A DNA stretch of 61,794 nucleotides from Bacteroidota bacterium (GTDB lineage: Bacteria > Bacteroidota > Ignavibacteria > UBA10030 > SZUA-254). Of this stretch, positions 16,842-27,736 are shown piece by piece. The notes under the pieces were generated by a model. It saw nothing but the letters and a program-made list of their open reading frames with translations, was not told where the DNA came from and did no database searches. Within the stretch, counting starts at the first letter, position 1, and every line of letters starts with the position of its first letter. The position numbers were made by a program, and so were the translations under genes. The stretch lies in the NCBI GenBank assembly GCA_030019075.1, contig JASEHD010000002.1, positions 1-61,794 on the forward strand, written 5' to 3'.

Positions 16842-17299
16842 TTTTTGATAAATCAGTAATATTTCGGTTTCTTATTATTGCCCTATTAGCGATCTTGGCA
16901 ATAGTATTGTTTGCAGCCACTACCCAACGACAAATTGATAAAATCGAGAAACTGCATCGTGATCTCTCAGCAATAGCTACTGAGATTGATGCAGAGGTGG
17001 ATTCAATTCTTTCACAATTTCATGTTGAATTGAAAAAAGTTCGGAAGCGAACATTCACAATCCCTAATACAAATTTGAATCGCATTGAGCGCCGGGTAAC
17101 GATTCCGAAAGATGTTGATCCTTTGCATATCAATCAAGCATTGAACTTAATGGCTCAAAAATATGACGGCAGAGCAATCGGTTCTGAGAATTTGAAGGAG
17201 AATACGGTTACAATACATATTAAATTAGATGGTTATATACTCGAGACATTAATACTTAAATCTCGTGTTGAGCAAAAACCAATAAAGAGAAAAAAATAA
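16838..17299 (+). CDS. hypothetical membrane-anchored protein
   Basis: 153 aa with one N-terminal TM helix (FRFLIIALLAILAIVLFAA). It has an ATGA overlap with the crotonase stop. I recognised no family. Confidence 0.5.
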   Translation: MIFDKSVIFRFLIIALLAILAIVLFAATTQRQIDKIEKLHRDLSAIATEIDAEVDSILSQFHVELKKVRKRTFTIPNTNLNRIERRVTIPKDVDPLHINQALNLMAQKYDGRAIGSENLKENTVTIHIKLDGYILETLILKSRVEQKPIKRKK

Positions 17300-17308
17300 A
17301 TAACACTT

Positions 17309-17375
17309 CTCTGCGTCCTCTGCGTCCTCTGCGTTTCTGCGTTGAATTCACAGCTGAGTCGCTGAGAACACAGAG
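17309..17375. repeat. nonamer tandem array CTCTGCGTC x3-4 followed by partly complementary words
   Basis: CTCTGCGTC CTCTGCGTC CTCTGCGTT TCTGCGTT (17309..17343), then CAGCTGAG/CGCTGAG/CACAGAG (17348..17375). It lies in the intergenic region upstream of glyQS. Confidence 0.7.
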
Positions 17376-17401
17376 TTATTTAACAATCAACTATTAAGAT
17401 T

Positions 17402-18877
17402 ATGGCAAAAGACAAAAAGAATACAGATACACAATTAATGGACAAACTCGTTTCACTTTGTAAACGACGAGGATTCATATTTCAATCGAGCGAAATTTAT
17501 GGCGGATTAAACGGTGCATGGGATTATGGACATTTAGGTGTTGAGCTTCTACGCAACATAAAAGATGAATGGTGGAAGGCAATGACATATCGTGAAGATG
17601 TCGAGGGTTTAGATGCGGCAATACTTATGCACCCACGTGTTTGGGAAGCATCGGGACATGTTGAGAACTTTACCGATCCGATGGTTGACTGCAAACAGTG
17701 TAAATCTCGCTATCGTCTCGACACTTTATTCGAAGAGACTTCGATTAAAAAACAAAAAGAAGTTTTACGAGAACTCGATCCACAAAAATATCAAGGTCAA
17801 CAAAAGGATGAATTCATATCTGAAGAATTCAAGAAAATAACAGAGTCAACTCCAAGTTCAGTGCTTACTGCTCTTAGCTGTCCTAACTGTGGGAATAAAA
17901 ACACATTTACGGATGCACGTAAATTCAATCTCATGTTTAAAACATTTGTTGGACCTGTGGAAGATTCAGGAGCGGTTGTTTATCTACGCCCTGAAACTGC
18001 ACAAGGAATTTTTGTCAACTTCCTAAACGTTCAAGCTGCTTCAAGACAAAAGCTTCCATTTGGGATAGCTCAGATTGGTAAAGCGTTCCGAAACGAGATC
18101 AACACAAAGAACTTTCTTTTCCGAACTCGTGAATTCGAGCAGATGGAAATGCAGTACTTTGTTAAACCTGGAACGGACGATAAGTGGTTCGAATACTGGC
18201 GTGAGCAGCGTATGCAGTGGTTCATAGATCTCGGAATGAAGAAAGAAAAACTCCAGTGGCATCAGCATGAACCGGATAAACTCGCACACTATGCCAAAGA
18301 CGCTTACGATATTGAATTTGAATTTCCATTTGGTTGGGGAGAAATTGAGGGTGTTCACAATCGAACAGATTTTGATCTGTCTCGACATGAGGAATTTTCC
18401 GGGAAAAGTATGAAATATTTTGATGAAGAAACGAAAGAGAAATTCACTCCATTCATCATCGAAACATCGGCGGGAGCAAGCCGTTCACTGATGGCTTTTC
18501 TTGTCAACGCTTATCACGAAGAAGAAGCACCGACAGCCGAAGGGCAGATGGAAACACGTGTAGTGATGAAGTTTCATCCTAAATTAGCACCTATTAAAGC
18601 TGCTATCTTTCCGCTTGTAAATCGTGATGGTATGCCTGAGATATCAAAAAAGATCGAGCAGGAATTGCGACCACATTTCCGTGTGTTTTATGACGACAGC
18701 GGTGCGGTTGGAAGACGATATCGCAGACAGGATGAAGTTGGTACACCGTACTGTATCACGATTGATTCGCAAACACTCGAAGATCAAACTGTTACGATAA
18801 GAGAGAGAGATTCAATGATACAGGAAAGGGTTGCAAGTGATAAAATAAAAACTTATCTTTTTAACAATATTAAATAA
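17402..18877 (+). CDS. glyQS: glycine--tRNA ligase (homodimeric class II)
   Basis: 491 aa. N-terminus KRRGFIFQSSEIYGGLNGAWDYG, motif 2 AQIGKAFRNEI...FRTREFEQMEMQYF, motif 3 ETSAGASRS. Confidence 0.93.
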   Translation: MAKDKKNTDTQLMDKLVSLCKRRGFIFQSSEIYGGLNGAWDYGHLGVELLRNIKDEWWKAMTYREDVEGLDAAILMHPRVWEASGHVENFTDPMVDCKQCKSRYRLDTLFEETSIKKQKEVLRELDPQKYQGQQKDEFISEEFKKITESTPSSVLTALSCPNCGNKNTFTDARKFNLMFKTFVGPVEDSGAVVYLRPETAQGIFVNFLNVQAASRQKLPFGIAQIGKAFRNEINTKNFLFRTREFEQMEMQYFVKPGTDDKWFEYWREQRMQWFIDLGMKKEKLQWHQHEPDKLAHYAKDAYDIEFEFPFGWGEIEGVHNRTDFDLSRHEEFSGKSMKYFDEETKEKFTPFIIETSAGASRSLMAFLVNAYHEEEAPTAEGQMETRVVMKFHPKLAPIKAAIFPLVNRDGMPEISKKIEQELRPHFRVFYDDSGAVGRRYRRQDEVGTPYCITIDSQTLEDQTVTIRERDSMIQERVASDKIKTYLFNNIK

Positions 18878-18916
18878 TCAACATCTAAATCTAACTATTT
18901 TTAAAGGAGACATTAT

Positions 18917-19735
18917 ATGAAATTAAAAAATCGCCGATTATCAACTATACTCTTGGCAGTTATTTCCCTATCAATAGGTTTCATTGGTTGTGAGAAGGAA
19001 GATGTACTTGCACCCGAAGAATTTGCACCGCCAACAAATTTGAAAGCATTGTCCATGGATGGAGCGGTCAAACTGTCATGGACTGCTGCACCTGCCGCAG
19101 ATGCTGATTTCTTTGTGGGATATCGGATTATGACGAAACAGGGTACAACACTAGTTGACAGTGTTCAGGTAGGCAAAACTATAATTAATCATACTGTTTC
19201 TCAATTAACAAACGGCCAATCATACACTTTTTCGATCCGTTCAGTTAAAGATAATAAAGATGTAAGCAAGGATATAATTATTATTTGGGGACCAACTATT
19301 AGGTATGCACCTGCACGCATTTACGAATTCGATTCGCAAAATCCATCAGGTCTTCAATTTTCAACTGGTACTGCAATGTCATTTAGTTCAGTAAACAAAA
19401 CATTAGTTGATCTATGGATCGATGGAAGGAGCAACTCAACACCTTTATTAAAAAGCCCACATGACCAAACAATTAGCACTGGTTGGAAAACTACACAATT
19501 TGTCGAAACAGTAAAATCGAGTTTAGATGAACAGGTGGATGTGCCAGCTATTAGTGAATTCCGCTCATCACCTGGATTACCTATTGTAAATAATAAAGTT
19601 TATTTCGCTCGTACCTCAGCAGGAAATTATGTCCGATTCCAAGTAGTTGGAGGAGTTCAAGATACCGCACCAAATCGTTATGTAGATATTAGAATCGCAT
19701 TTAACTCCGGCTTCGGCACTTGGGCAAAACGATAA
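18917..19735 (+). CDS. lipoprotein with Fn3-like domain, function unknown
   Basis: 272 aa with lipobox SIGFIGC and an Fn3-like segment PPTNLKALSMDGAVKLSWTAAP...YTFSIRSV. Confidence 0.6.
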   Translation: MKLKNRRLSTILLAVISLSIGFIGCEKEDVLAPEEFAPPTNLKALSMDGAVKLSWTAAPAADADFFVGYRIMTKQGTTLVDSVQVGKTIINHTVSQLTNGQSYTFSIRSVKDNKDVSKDIIIIWGPTIRYAPARIYEFDSQNPSGLQFSTGTAMSFSSVNKTLVDLWIDGRSNSTPLLKSPHDQTISTGWKTTQFVETVKSSLDEQVDVPAISEFRSSPGLPIVNNKVYFARTSAGNYVRFQVVGGVQDTAPNRYVDIRIAFNSGFGTWAKR

Positions 19736-19756
19736 TCATTAATATGTTTTTGACAC

Positions 19757-19790
19757 AAAAGCCGATCATTAAATGGTCGGCTTTTTATTA
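19757..19790 (+). terminator. rho-independent terminator
   Basis: AAAGCCGATC-ATTAAAT-GGTCGGCTTTTTATTA lies directly after the stop at 19735. Confidence 0.7.
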
Positions 19791-19831
19791 TATAAATTCG
19801 ATGTGAATATTATTATTTTTTTATAAACAGG

Positions 19832-20998
19832 ATGTCCGATCTCACAAAAATAATATTCTCACTTCTCACCATGGGGATCCTCTCAAACACGCCCTCACAC
19901 TCCCAATGGATAGGCGACTCAACCAACGAATCTCATATTAGCAGAGGCATTCAATACGTTTATAATCTCTCCTTCGACAGTGCGAAGACGGAATTTCAAA
20001 CTGTAACCCGCTTACGTCCCGATCATCCAGCCGGTCATTTCTTCCTTGCGATGATCGAATGGTGGCGAATAATAACTGACATGGAGAACACAGCACATGA
20101 CGATAAATTTTATCGGATGCTGGATAAGGTGATCGACTTGTGCGAGAAGCGATTGGACAAGGATAAGAATGATCTGACAGGTTTGTTTTTCAAAGGAGGA
20201 GCGTTAGGATTCCAAGGTCGATTGTACGGCAACCGTGAAGATTGGCTGAAAGCGGCAAATTGTGGCCGGGAAGCATTACCACTTGTGCAAAAAGCATATA
20301 AACTCGACCCAAATAATTCCGATATCCTTCTCGGTATCGGCATTTATAATTATTATGCGGCGATCATACCAGAAATTTATCCGTGGGTGAAGCCCTTAAT
20401 GCTGCTGATTCCAAAAGGTGATAAAGTTAAAGGTCTCACACAACTTCGGGAAGCATCCGAAAAAGCAAAATATGCAAACATCGAAGCAACATACTTCCTT
20501 ATGCAAGCAAGTCAATATTTCGAAGGAAGGTATTCACAAGCCCTCGAGCTGGCAACAAAACTTCACTACCAATTCCCGAACAATTCTCTATTCCATAAAT
20601 ATATTGGCAGAGCTAATGTTTCATTGGGTAACTGGGAAGAAATGCACCATGTATATTTACAGATTTTCGATCGTGCTAAGAAAAAGCAAATTGGTTACGA
20701 TCTTAGTACAGAACGCGAAGCTAATTATTATCTCGGCTTATACGAGATGAATTCTAATAAATACACCGATGCTCTTCAATATTTTTACAAATCAGATGAA
20801 CTTTCCCGATTACTCGACAAAAAAGAGATATCCGGCTATATGGTTCTGTCAAATCTGAAAATCGGAATGATATATGATCTTCAGGGCAAACGCAATCTGG
20901 CGATTACACAGTACAAAAAAATCCTGGATATGAAAGACTATCAAGATTCGCACAAACAAGCAAAACAATTTTTAAAAACCCCTTTTAGATCATCATAG
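19832..20998 (+). CDS. secreted TPR-like/helical-repeat protein
   Basis: 388 aa with an N-terminal signal-like segment. All-helical repeats, with TPR-like stretches near the C-terminus (YYLGLYEMNSNKYTDALQYFYKS). Confidence 0.55.
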   Translation: MSDLTKIIFSLLTMGILSNTPSHSQWIGDSTNESHISRGIQYVYNLSFDSAKTEFQTVTRLRPDHPAGHFFLAMIEWWRIITDMENTAHDDKFYRMLDKVIDLCEKRLDKDKNDLTGLFFKGGALGFQGRLYGNREDWLKAANCGREALPLVQKAYKLDPNNSDILLGIGIYNYYAAIIPEIYPWVKPLMLLIPKGDKVKGLTQLREASEKAKYANIEATYFLMQASQYFEGRYSQALELATKLHYQFPNNSLFHKYIGRANVSLGNWEEMHHVYLQIFDRAKKKQIGYDLSTEREANYYLGLYEMNSNKYTDALQYFYKSDELSRLLDKKEISGYMVLSNLKIGMIYDLQGKRNLAITQYKKILDMKDYQDSHKQAKQFLKTPFRSS

Positions 20999-21009
20999 AG
21001 GAGGATGAC

Positions 21010-21753
21010 ATGCTTACGATTATCCTATTCGGATTGATTGCTGCCACTGCTGAGGTCATTGGAGGAACATTAATTGTTTTACGAAAGGAGTGGCCCCGGA
21101 AGGTACAGGAGTACCTTATCGCTCTGAGTGCTGGTTTTATATTAGCGCTTGTAGTGTTTGAATTAATTCCTGAAAGCTTGGCGCTTCTCGGTGAGGTAGC
21201 TTCTCTCTACATTATTATCGGCTTTGGTTTGATCCATTTCTTCGAGCATACTATTGTCGGGCATCTCCATTTTGGCGAAGAGACTCACCATGAAGTAATG
21301 GTCTCGAAGGTAGCCAGTTTCTCTGCATTCACAGGGCTGTTCATTCATGCTTTCTTCGATGGTTTCTCGATTTCCGCCGGGATGAATTTTGATTTCTCGA
21401 TAGGTCTTTTAATATTCATCGCAGTTCTTCTCCATAAAATACCGGAAGGTTTAACCGTAGCATCGGTGATGCTATCAGCCAATCACCCACGAAAGACTGC
21501 TTTTTTTGCGTCTCTCGCTATTGGTGTGGCAACCATGCTTGGTATTCTTCTGGTTTTCCTATTAGCGAGTGTTGATCAAAAAGCGGTTGGGATTGCATTT
21601 GCACTATCGGCGGGTGCGGCAATGTATGTTGGCGCGAGTGACTTAATTCCCGAAATTAATCGCTCCACAAATCGCATTACACCTTTGATTGTTTTTGGAG
21701 GGATGCTGCTCTTTTACATCAGTAAACAATTGATGGAAAGTATACTTGGTTAA
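21010..21753 (+). CDS. ZIP-family divalent metal transporter
   Basis: 247 aa and polytopic. It has a His-rich loop HLHFGEETHHE and the conserved HKIPEGL motif. Confidence 0.85.
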   Translation: MLTIILFGLIAATAEVIGGTLIVLRKEWPRKVQEYLIALSAGFILALVVFELIPESLALLGEVASLYIIIGFGLIHFFEHTIVGHLHFGEETHHEVMVSKVASFSAFTGLFIHAFFDGFSISAGMNFDFSIGLLIFIAVLLHKIPEGLTVASVMLSANHPRKTAFFASLAIGVATMLGILLVFLLASVDQKAVGIAFALSAGAAMYVGASDLIPEINRSTNRITPLIVFGGMLLFYISKQLMESILG

Positions 21754-21762
21754 AATTCATCA

Positions 21763-22704
21763 TTAATCTAATCGCAGTCCCAAACTAATCCTGTGCATCG
21801 CCCCAATCTTACCTAATGAATTATAACCATAATCTATTGATACGATATCTTTAGCAAAACCCACACCGACAGAAAAACCAGCCAAGCCCGCACTTTGTTC
21901 AAGCTTCAATTCACTCCTCCGTTCATTATTATAACCGAATCGTAACTTAACGACAGGGCTTTCAGTAAATTCTACTCCGATTGAAAATTGTTTGAACCGT
22001 GTGAGAAAATTGTCTTGCTCCTCATTTAGCTTATGCAGATTTATCATCACCACTGCCGGAAGGTGTTCGGGATATATTGATGCACCTATTTTTATATCCA
22101 GAGGAAGGTCTTCTCTTGTATTGACATAAGGATCTATCTGAGTACCGAAATTCAATAAGCTTGCTCCTATAATAATACGATCTGGAATCAGGAAATATTG
22201 CAATCCGAAATCAAGAGCAGCAGCGGATGAATGGACTTCTGCAATCGAAGAATAGATAAACTTTACATTAAAGCCATAATTCAGTTTCCTTAATAATATA
22301 TCGGCATACCCCGCTGTAAATGTAAATTCCCCAGCGCCGAATTTTCCTAAATTTCGACCTTCTTCACCCGTTCGCTCGAATTCGCCATAGTTTATGTAAA
22401 TAATTCCCAAACCGACACTGCCAAAGTTTGGAATCGCTGTTCCAAAACTTACGTATCCTGCATTTATATCCAACAAGTGCTTATAGTAACCCACCGAGAG
22501 TTGAGTTGAACTCAGAGTAGCCATCCCTGCTGGATTATAAAAAATGAGATTCGGATCGTCTGTAGAAGTTATAAAACTGCCACCAAGCGCAGCGGAGCGT
22601 GCACCCACATCGATCCGGAGAAAATCATAAGTTGTATTTCCCTGTCCAAATATAATTGTCGAGCTTAATAGGAAAATGCTTGTTAAAAGAAAGTACCGTT
22701 TCAT
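21763..22704 (-). CDS. PorV/PorQ-family T9SS-associated outer-membrane beta-barrel protein
   Basis: 313 aa with a signal peptide. The family signature is FLRIDVGARSAALGGSFITSTDDPNLIFYNPAGMA. The remainder has an alternating beta-strand pattern. Confidence 0.72.
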   Translation of the reverse strand: MKRYFLLTSIFLLSSTIIFGQGNTTYDFLRIDVGARSAALGGSFITSTDDPNLIFYNPAGMATLSSTQLSVGYYKHLLDINAGYVSFGTAIPNFGSVGLGIIYINYGEFERTGEEGRNLGKFGAGEFTFTAGYADILLRKLNYGFNVKFIYSSIAEVHSSAAALDFGLQYFLIPDRIIIGASLLNFGTQIDPYVNTREDLPLDIKIGASIYPEHLPAVVMINLHKLNEEQDNFLTRFKQFSIGVEFTESPVVKLRFGYNNERRSELKLEQSAGLAGFSVGVGFAKDIVSIDYGYNSLGKIGAMHRISLGLRLD

Positions 22705-22898
22705 GTATATCCTTAACTCTCTATTTTTAATTAATTATGGATTCAATCTAAGAAAATATTGAGTGATATTCAAGCTTTAGTATCTTCCACACTCATCTTA
22801 CCGCTCATAGCGATAACAGCTTGACAATTTCAGAATTAGTGCTTAACTTGTATATGAATAAACAATTATTCAAAACAACTTTTTCAAGGAGATTCATT

Positions 22899-25800
22899 AT
22901 GAAAAAGTACTTATTGTTTTTCTTGCTAACGACTTTTGTCGCTTTTGCACAGGAGCGTCTTCTCATAAATCCCAACAACGAAGTTATACCACTTGGGAAA
23001 AATGAAAATGCAATTGACGTTGTGAAGAAGTCGTTAAACCTAAACAAATGGCTACCACCTCAATGCCCTGAGAATTTTGTATGGGGATTTGACTCATATC
23101 ATTTTCCTATGAGTGTTAATTTCGGAGCATATCATTTAGATGTTATGGCGATGTGGTATATCGCACCTGCATCTGGAAATATTGACACTTTGTATTGGTT
23201 TATGTCTGATGAGATAGGCGCTCGGGATTCATTAGTAAGTATACGAGTTTTCAGATCTAATATTTATCCAGGTAGAGGTCCCGGATACTCACCATATCCA
23301 CCACCATGTATGAATTGGGGATATTACATTAATACTAACCTCTATGATCAAGGTATTTCCCCATATAAAGATGAAGCCACTGATACAAATTGGGTCTCAA
23401 CAGCGCATAATGGACTTATAACGTTTGATCCTCTTGGCGAAGAACTTTGGATAGATGGTGGCATCTGGTTTCATGTCAGACCAGGTATAAATGTTCTCCC
23501 ATTTAATATTTATGGGTATAACTTTCCAGTCAATAAAGGAGATATATTTTTTGTAACTATGCGAGTTCCTTATTCATTCTGGCCCATTGATGTTACCCGA
23601 TGGTTAGCCGGAGGAACAGATGAACCTTTATGGTACGATGACCCTAATTGGCCCTCAAGATTTTGGAAATTTTATAAGCATGATAGAGGAGCTGATAATT
23701 GCGCTGGTTTTCCTGTTGATTCAGTGAAAAAAGGTTGGGTAGCCCGTGGCCCTTTTGTGAATAACCAGATGTACTCCTCCGCACTTGCCTGGTGGTTTTC
23801 GATGACAACAGATTCAAATGTACCTCCTGCGATAATTCCGATTGAAAATTTAGGTCACACCTTTTCAACCAAACCAAGGGATATTTATGTAGAAATTTTC
23901 GATTGTGATTATGCTAATCCTGAAAGTGCGGGTGTAGCAGCCGCTTACATTGAATATGCGGTAGCAATGATTAACGTAGATGAGCCACTATCCGGTCCTT
24001 TGATTCAAACACCTATGACATATTCAGGTGTTGGTGATTTTTGGTGTGGAACTTTACCGGGACTACGAACGGGCACAATGGTTAGATACAGGTTTACTGC
24101 AGAGGATAATCAAGGACTTCGGCAAAGAGGTGCTACATATTCTTATAAAGTTTTTAAATTTTATAATCCATACTACTGGATAGATACGGGTTACGTATGT
24201 ACTCCGAAAAACATTAGCACTTCAGGAACTGATATACCCTATACTTCATTCTTCAATCCACCCGGCAGTACTGGCTTACCTCAAGATGATGGCACTGCTG
24301 GACCATTTGATATTGGTGGACCTTTCCAGTTCTTTGGTGATACAGTACGTTACGCATGGATTGGTGTAAACGGTGCAATAGCGCTCTCGAAAAGTCCGAC
24401 CGATACAATTGATGTGAATTCAAATGGATATTACACTTCAGGATGGGATTTCCCTATGCGTCAGCGTCATGGACGGTGGGATATTGTAAATGCTGACAAA
24501 ATGCCGCCTAACTTCATTGCACCACTTTGGGCTGATTTAGCTCTTGCAGATACTGGTAGTACACCACAAACATTTGGCCATGTTAGATTTGACAATGCTG
24601 GAGATAGTTGCTTGTTTATTGTTGAATGGGATTCCCTTGGTACCGTCGTTGAGTCTCACATTCTTCCCGATGTTACTACTTTCCGTGTCGTATTAAATCA
24701 TTGTAATGGAACGATTGAATTTCAATTTGACAATCTGGGTTATCACGAATTGGATAAAAAAGCATTAGTTGGCATGCAGCAAGATTCGTGTCATCTAAGT
24801 GGACCTGAGCCGGGGTATGTTTTCCTCAATAGAAATGGATCTCCTTTAGAAACCAAACCACGGGAGAATTGGTGTGTAAAGTTTTGGCCTGGTGTAGCTC
24901 TTTATGTTGATGAAGGATGGCAATTGCTTTCGATTTGTACGGATAGACCTGGGGCGATGGATCCAAAAACAATTTTTCCGTATGGTTTAGGAGATCCTTT
25001 TAAATACGTTGGATCATATGTTCCGACCCCAACACTAAGATTTGGTGGCGGTTTCTTCCAAAAATTTTCAAAATATTCTTATGTAGGTATGCCTGGTTTC
25101 CCCATTTATGATCGCTACGATACAGTTATAGCCGGATGGAATATCATTGCCACGATTACAAAACCTGTACATATATCAACGATCGAGGAAAGTGCACCGG
25201 GAATGGTTATCTCCTATTATTTTGGATACGATGAAGGATATAAGCTTGTACAAAAATTGAAACCATGCCGTGGGTATTGGGTAAAGGTGAATACTGCTGG
25301 TACGTTACGGTTGCGTGCCTCACCCTCGCTGACAAAATTTACCGAACCAGATTACTCAGGGCTCAACAAATTAATTGTTGTGGATAAAACAGGTCGCTAC
25401 AAACAAAACTTATATTTTGGAGATGAGAATATCGTAACAGAACAGGGAATTTATACTGGGGAGTTTCCACCCGCGATGCCTGTATTCGATGCAAGGTTTA
25501 CACACACTGACGGAATGATTGCAACTTATCCTTCTGAGTTAGCTGAAAATATCATATATGAATATCCCATAAATATTACAAGCGAAAAGTACCCTGTAAG
25601 GGTTCAATGGGAAATCGTCAAACCAACCAATCGTGCGTTTACTTTAATGCAGAATGGGAAGATTCTCTGTGTCATGGAGGGCAAAGGAAGCGTAAGTGTA
25701 CCGACTCAAGCAGAGTTGTCGATAGCACTTGTAAAAGACCCAGCCATTCCAAAACATTTTGCTCTTGAGCAGAATTATCCGAACCCTTTTAATCCAACAA

Positions 25801-26015
25801 CTATTGTTCGTTATCAGTTACCTGTTAGTGGCTGGGTAACATTGAAAATATATAATATTCTTGGGCAAGAAGTTGCAACGCTTGTTGATGAGTTTCAGGA
25901 TGCAGGATACAAATCGGTTGAGTGGGATGCGAGTAATTTACCAAGTGGCATGTACTTTTACAAATTAATAGCAGGTAAATATACAAACGTGAAAAAAACT
26001 TTGTTAATAAAATAA
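22899..26015 (+). CDS. large secreted protein with T9SS C-terminal sorting domain
   Basis: The ATG at 22899 follows AAGGA. Signal [22 protein letters not shown]-like stretch [24 protein letters not shown]: [37 protein letters not shown]...YFYKL. Confidence 0.8.
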   Translation: MKKYLLFFLLTTFVAFAQERLLINPNNEVIPLGKNENAIDVVKKSLNLNKWLPPQCPENFVWGFDSYHFPMSVNFGAYHLDVMAMWYIAPASGNIDTLYWFMSDEIGARDSLVSIRVFRSNIYPGRGPGYSPYPPPCMNWGYYINTNLYDQGISPYKDEATDTNWVSTAHNGLITFDPLGEELWIDGGIWFHVRPGINVLPFNIYGYNFPVNKGDIFFVTMRVPYSFWPIDVTRWLAGGTDEPLWYDDPNWPSRFWKFYKHDRGADNCAGFPVDSVKKGWVARGPFVNNQMYSSALAWWFSMTTDSNVPPAIIPIENLGHTFSTKPRDIYVEIFDCDYANPESAGVAAAYIEYAVAMINVDEPLSGPLIQTPMTYSGVGDFWCGTLPGLRTGTMVRYRFTAEDNQGLRQRGATYSYKVFKFYNPYYWIDTGYVCTPKNISTSGTDIPYTSFFNPPGSTGLPQDDGTAGPFDIGGPFQFFGDTVRYAWIGVNGAIALSKSPTDTIDVNSNGYYTSGWDFPMRQRHGRWDIVNADKMPPNFIAPLWADLALADTGSTPQTFGHVRFDNAGDSCLFIVEWDSLGTVVESHILPDVTTFRVVLNHCNGTIEFQFDNLGYHELDKKALVGMQQDSCHLSGPEPGYVFLNRNGSPLETKPRENWCVKFWPGVALYVDEGWQLLSICTDRPGAMDPKTIFPYGLGDPFKYVGSYVPTPTLRFGGGFFQKFSKYSYVGMPGFPIYDRYDTVIAGWNIIATITKPVHISTIEESAPGMVISYYFGYDEGYKLVQKLKPCRGYWVKVNTAGTLRLRASPSLTKFTEPDYSGLNKLIVVDKTGRYKQNLYFGDENIVTEQGIYTGEFPPAMPVFDARFTHTDGMIATYPSELAENIIYEYPINITSEKYPVRVQWEIVKPTNRAFTLMQNGKILCVMEGKGSVSVPTQAELSIALVKDPAIPKHFALEQNYPNPFNPTTIVRYQLPVSGWVTLKIYNILGQEVATLVDEFQDAGYKSVEWDASNLPSGMYFYKLIAGKYTNVKKTLLIK
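25761..26015 (+). repeat. T9SS-CTD-coding repeat copy 1
   Basis: It shares long identical nucleotide runs with copies 2 and 3, for example GTTGATGAGTTTCAGGATGCAGGATACAAATCGGTTGAGTGG. Confidence 0.85.
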
Positions 26016-26020
26016 GGAAA

Positions 26021-27736
26021 ATGAGAATGAAATATTCTACGCTTATCAATGCTATGAAATCCCTTTCTTTTGTTCTGACATTGAGCTTATTTGTTATGCT
26101 TAGTGTACAAGATTACTGTTATCCACAGTGGTCACATGTTGGTCTAACAAACTCCGTGTATACACTTAAAAAACAAAAGAACACTTTACTTGCAGGTGCG
26201 GGTTTTGTATATCGTTCCACTGATTACGGAACTCACTGGGGCACACTTGGAAATACAAACATTGTTGGAGTTTCCACTATTGAGACGATTGATGATACTA
26301 TTCTTGTGGGAGGAAATTGGGATTGCATTTTTTGCAATGATCCGTTAACGGCAGTATCCCGTTCTAATGATAATGGAAATACTTGGACGACAGTTCTATC
26401 AGCATATTATGGTGTTCAATCAATTCTAAAAAGTAATAGATACATTTTCACAAATCCTGATGGAATGCTTTATCGTTCTGATGATGGGGGAGTCAGCTGG
26501 AATCGTGTTCCATCTGATTCATTATTTGGGGGGCGAATCTATTTATCATATGAAGATGACAGAACCCTTTACTTGTCTAGTGAAAATCAACTGTTCTACA
26601 CTACCGATTACGGTGAAACATGGAGTTTAATGACAAATGGTTGGGGAAACGCCTACGTCTATGAGCTTGTCAAGAGGGATTCGTTGATCTTCACAGGTAC
26701 GAGTTATGGAGTGTACCGTTCTACAAATCACGGAGTGAACTGGGAAAAATTTAGCCCGGGAAATAACATTATTTTTGCTCTGCTCCTTTTGGGTGACAAT
26801 CTCTTCGCTGTCTGGAGTCACTCGATTTACATGACGAAAATTGTTTCTCAGGACTGGAATAATGTAAGTACCGGATTAACTCTCCCAGATTATCCGACTA
26901 TCAATACACTCGTATATAGCGGTCAATATCTTTTCGCCGGAACAAATTACGGAGTCTGGCGGCGACCATTATCAGAGATGATGCTTCTAGAGGATATAAA
27001 GGTTAAAAGAGGTTGGAATATGATTTCGCTACCGGCTATAACCACCGACGTTAGAAAAACCGATTTGTTTCCTACGGCAACATCGCACGCATTTTCCTAT
27101 AACGGTTCTACTTATATCCGGCATGATACGCTTCAAAAAGGTATCGGATATTGGATGAAGTTCAGCAGCGATCAGACAATATCAATCATTGGTTCAAAAA
27201 TAAATATAGATACGATTAATGTACTACCTGGATGGAATATGATTGGATCGATTAGTACTCCAGTTCCGGTTGGATCTACTACTTTCATCCCACATGACAT
27301 TCAGGTAAGTAAATTTTTCAAATACGACGGATCATACGTTCCTGCTGATACTCTTATGCCGGGGAAAAGTTACTGGATAAAAGTTAATCAGGTTGGTAAA
27401 TTGATTCTTTCGCCTTCTGGTTCTGCATCTTCATCAAATCTAATCAAAATTGTAAAAGGTGGAGAGATGCCGCCACCACCGCCGGATGGTGAAATCTCAA
27501 ATCCCAAATCCCAAATCCCAAATAAATTTGCTTTAGAGCAGAATTATCCGAACCCTTTTAATCCAATAACCGTTATTCGTTATTCGTTACCTGTTAATAG
27601 TTGGGTGACGTTGAAAGTTCATAACGTGCTTGGGCAAGAAGTCGTAATGCTGGTTGATGAGTTTCAGGATGCAGGATACAAATCGGTTGAGTGGATGGGT
27701 CGGGCTTACCAAGTGGAGTGTATATGTACAAATTAA
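26021..27736 (+). CDS. BNR/Asp-box beta-propeller protein with frameshifted T9SS CTD
   Basis: Asp-box repeats [36 protein letters not shown] and STNHGVNWE. The CTD starts at [11 protein letters not shown] but the frame breaks after KSVEW. Confidence 0.8.
   Translation: MRMKYSTLINAMKSLSFVLTLSLFVMLSVQDYCYPQWSHVGLTNSVYTLKKQKNTLLAGAGFVYRSTDYGTHWGTLGNTNIVGVSTIETIDDTILVGGNWDCIFCNDPLTAVSRSNDNGNTWTTVLSAYYGVQSILKSNRYIFTNPDGMLYRSDDGGVSWNRVPSDSLFGGRIYLSYEDDRTLYLSSENQLFYTTDYGETWSLMTNGWGNAYVYELVKRDSLIFTGTSYGVYRSTNHGVNWEKFSPGNNIIFALLLLGDNLFAVWSHSIYMTKIVSQDWNNVSTGLTLPDYPTINTLVYSGQYLFAGTNYGVWRRPLSEMMLLEDIKVKRGWNMISLPAITTDVRKTDLFPTATSHAFSYNGSTYIRHDTLQKGIGYWMKFSSDQTISIIGSKINIDTINVLPGWNMIGSISTPVPVGSTTFIPHDIQVSKFFKYDGSYVPADTLMPGKSYWIKVNQVGKLILSPSGSASSSNLIKIVKGGEMPPPPPDGEISNPKSQIPNKFALEQNYPNPFNPITVIRYSLPVNSWVTLKVHNVLGQEVVMLVDEFQDAGYKSVEWMGRAYQVECICTN
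27492..27526 (+). repeat. AAATCCC heptamer tandem array inside a CDS
   Basis: AAATCTC AAATCCC AAATCCC AAATCCC AAATAAA encodes [11 protein letters not shown]. The periodic word is the same as in the glmM insert. Confidence 0.85.

Noticed and set aside
22821-22898. Upstream extensions of cargo genes (ATG at 22821; TTG at 30386)
   Set aside because: The downstream ATGs at 22899 and 30410 follow purine-rich RBS-like sequences. They also begin typical signal peptides.
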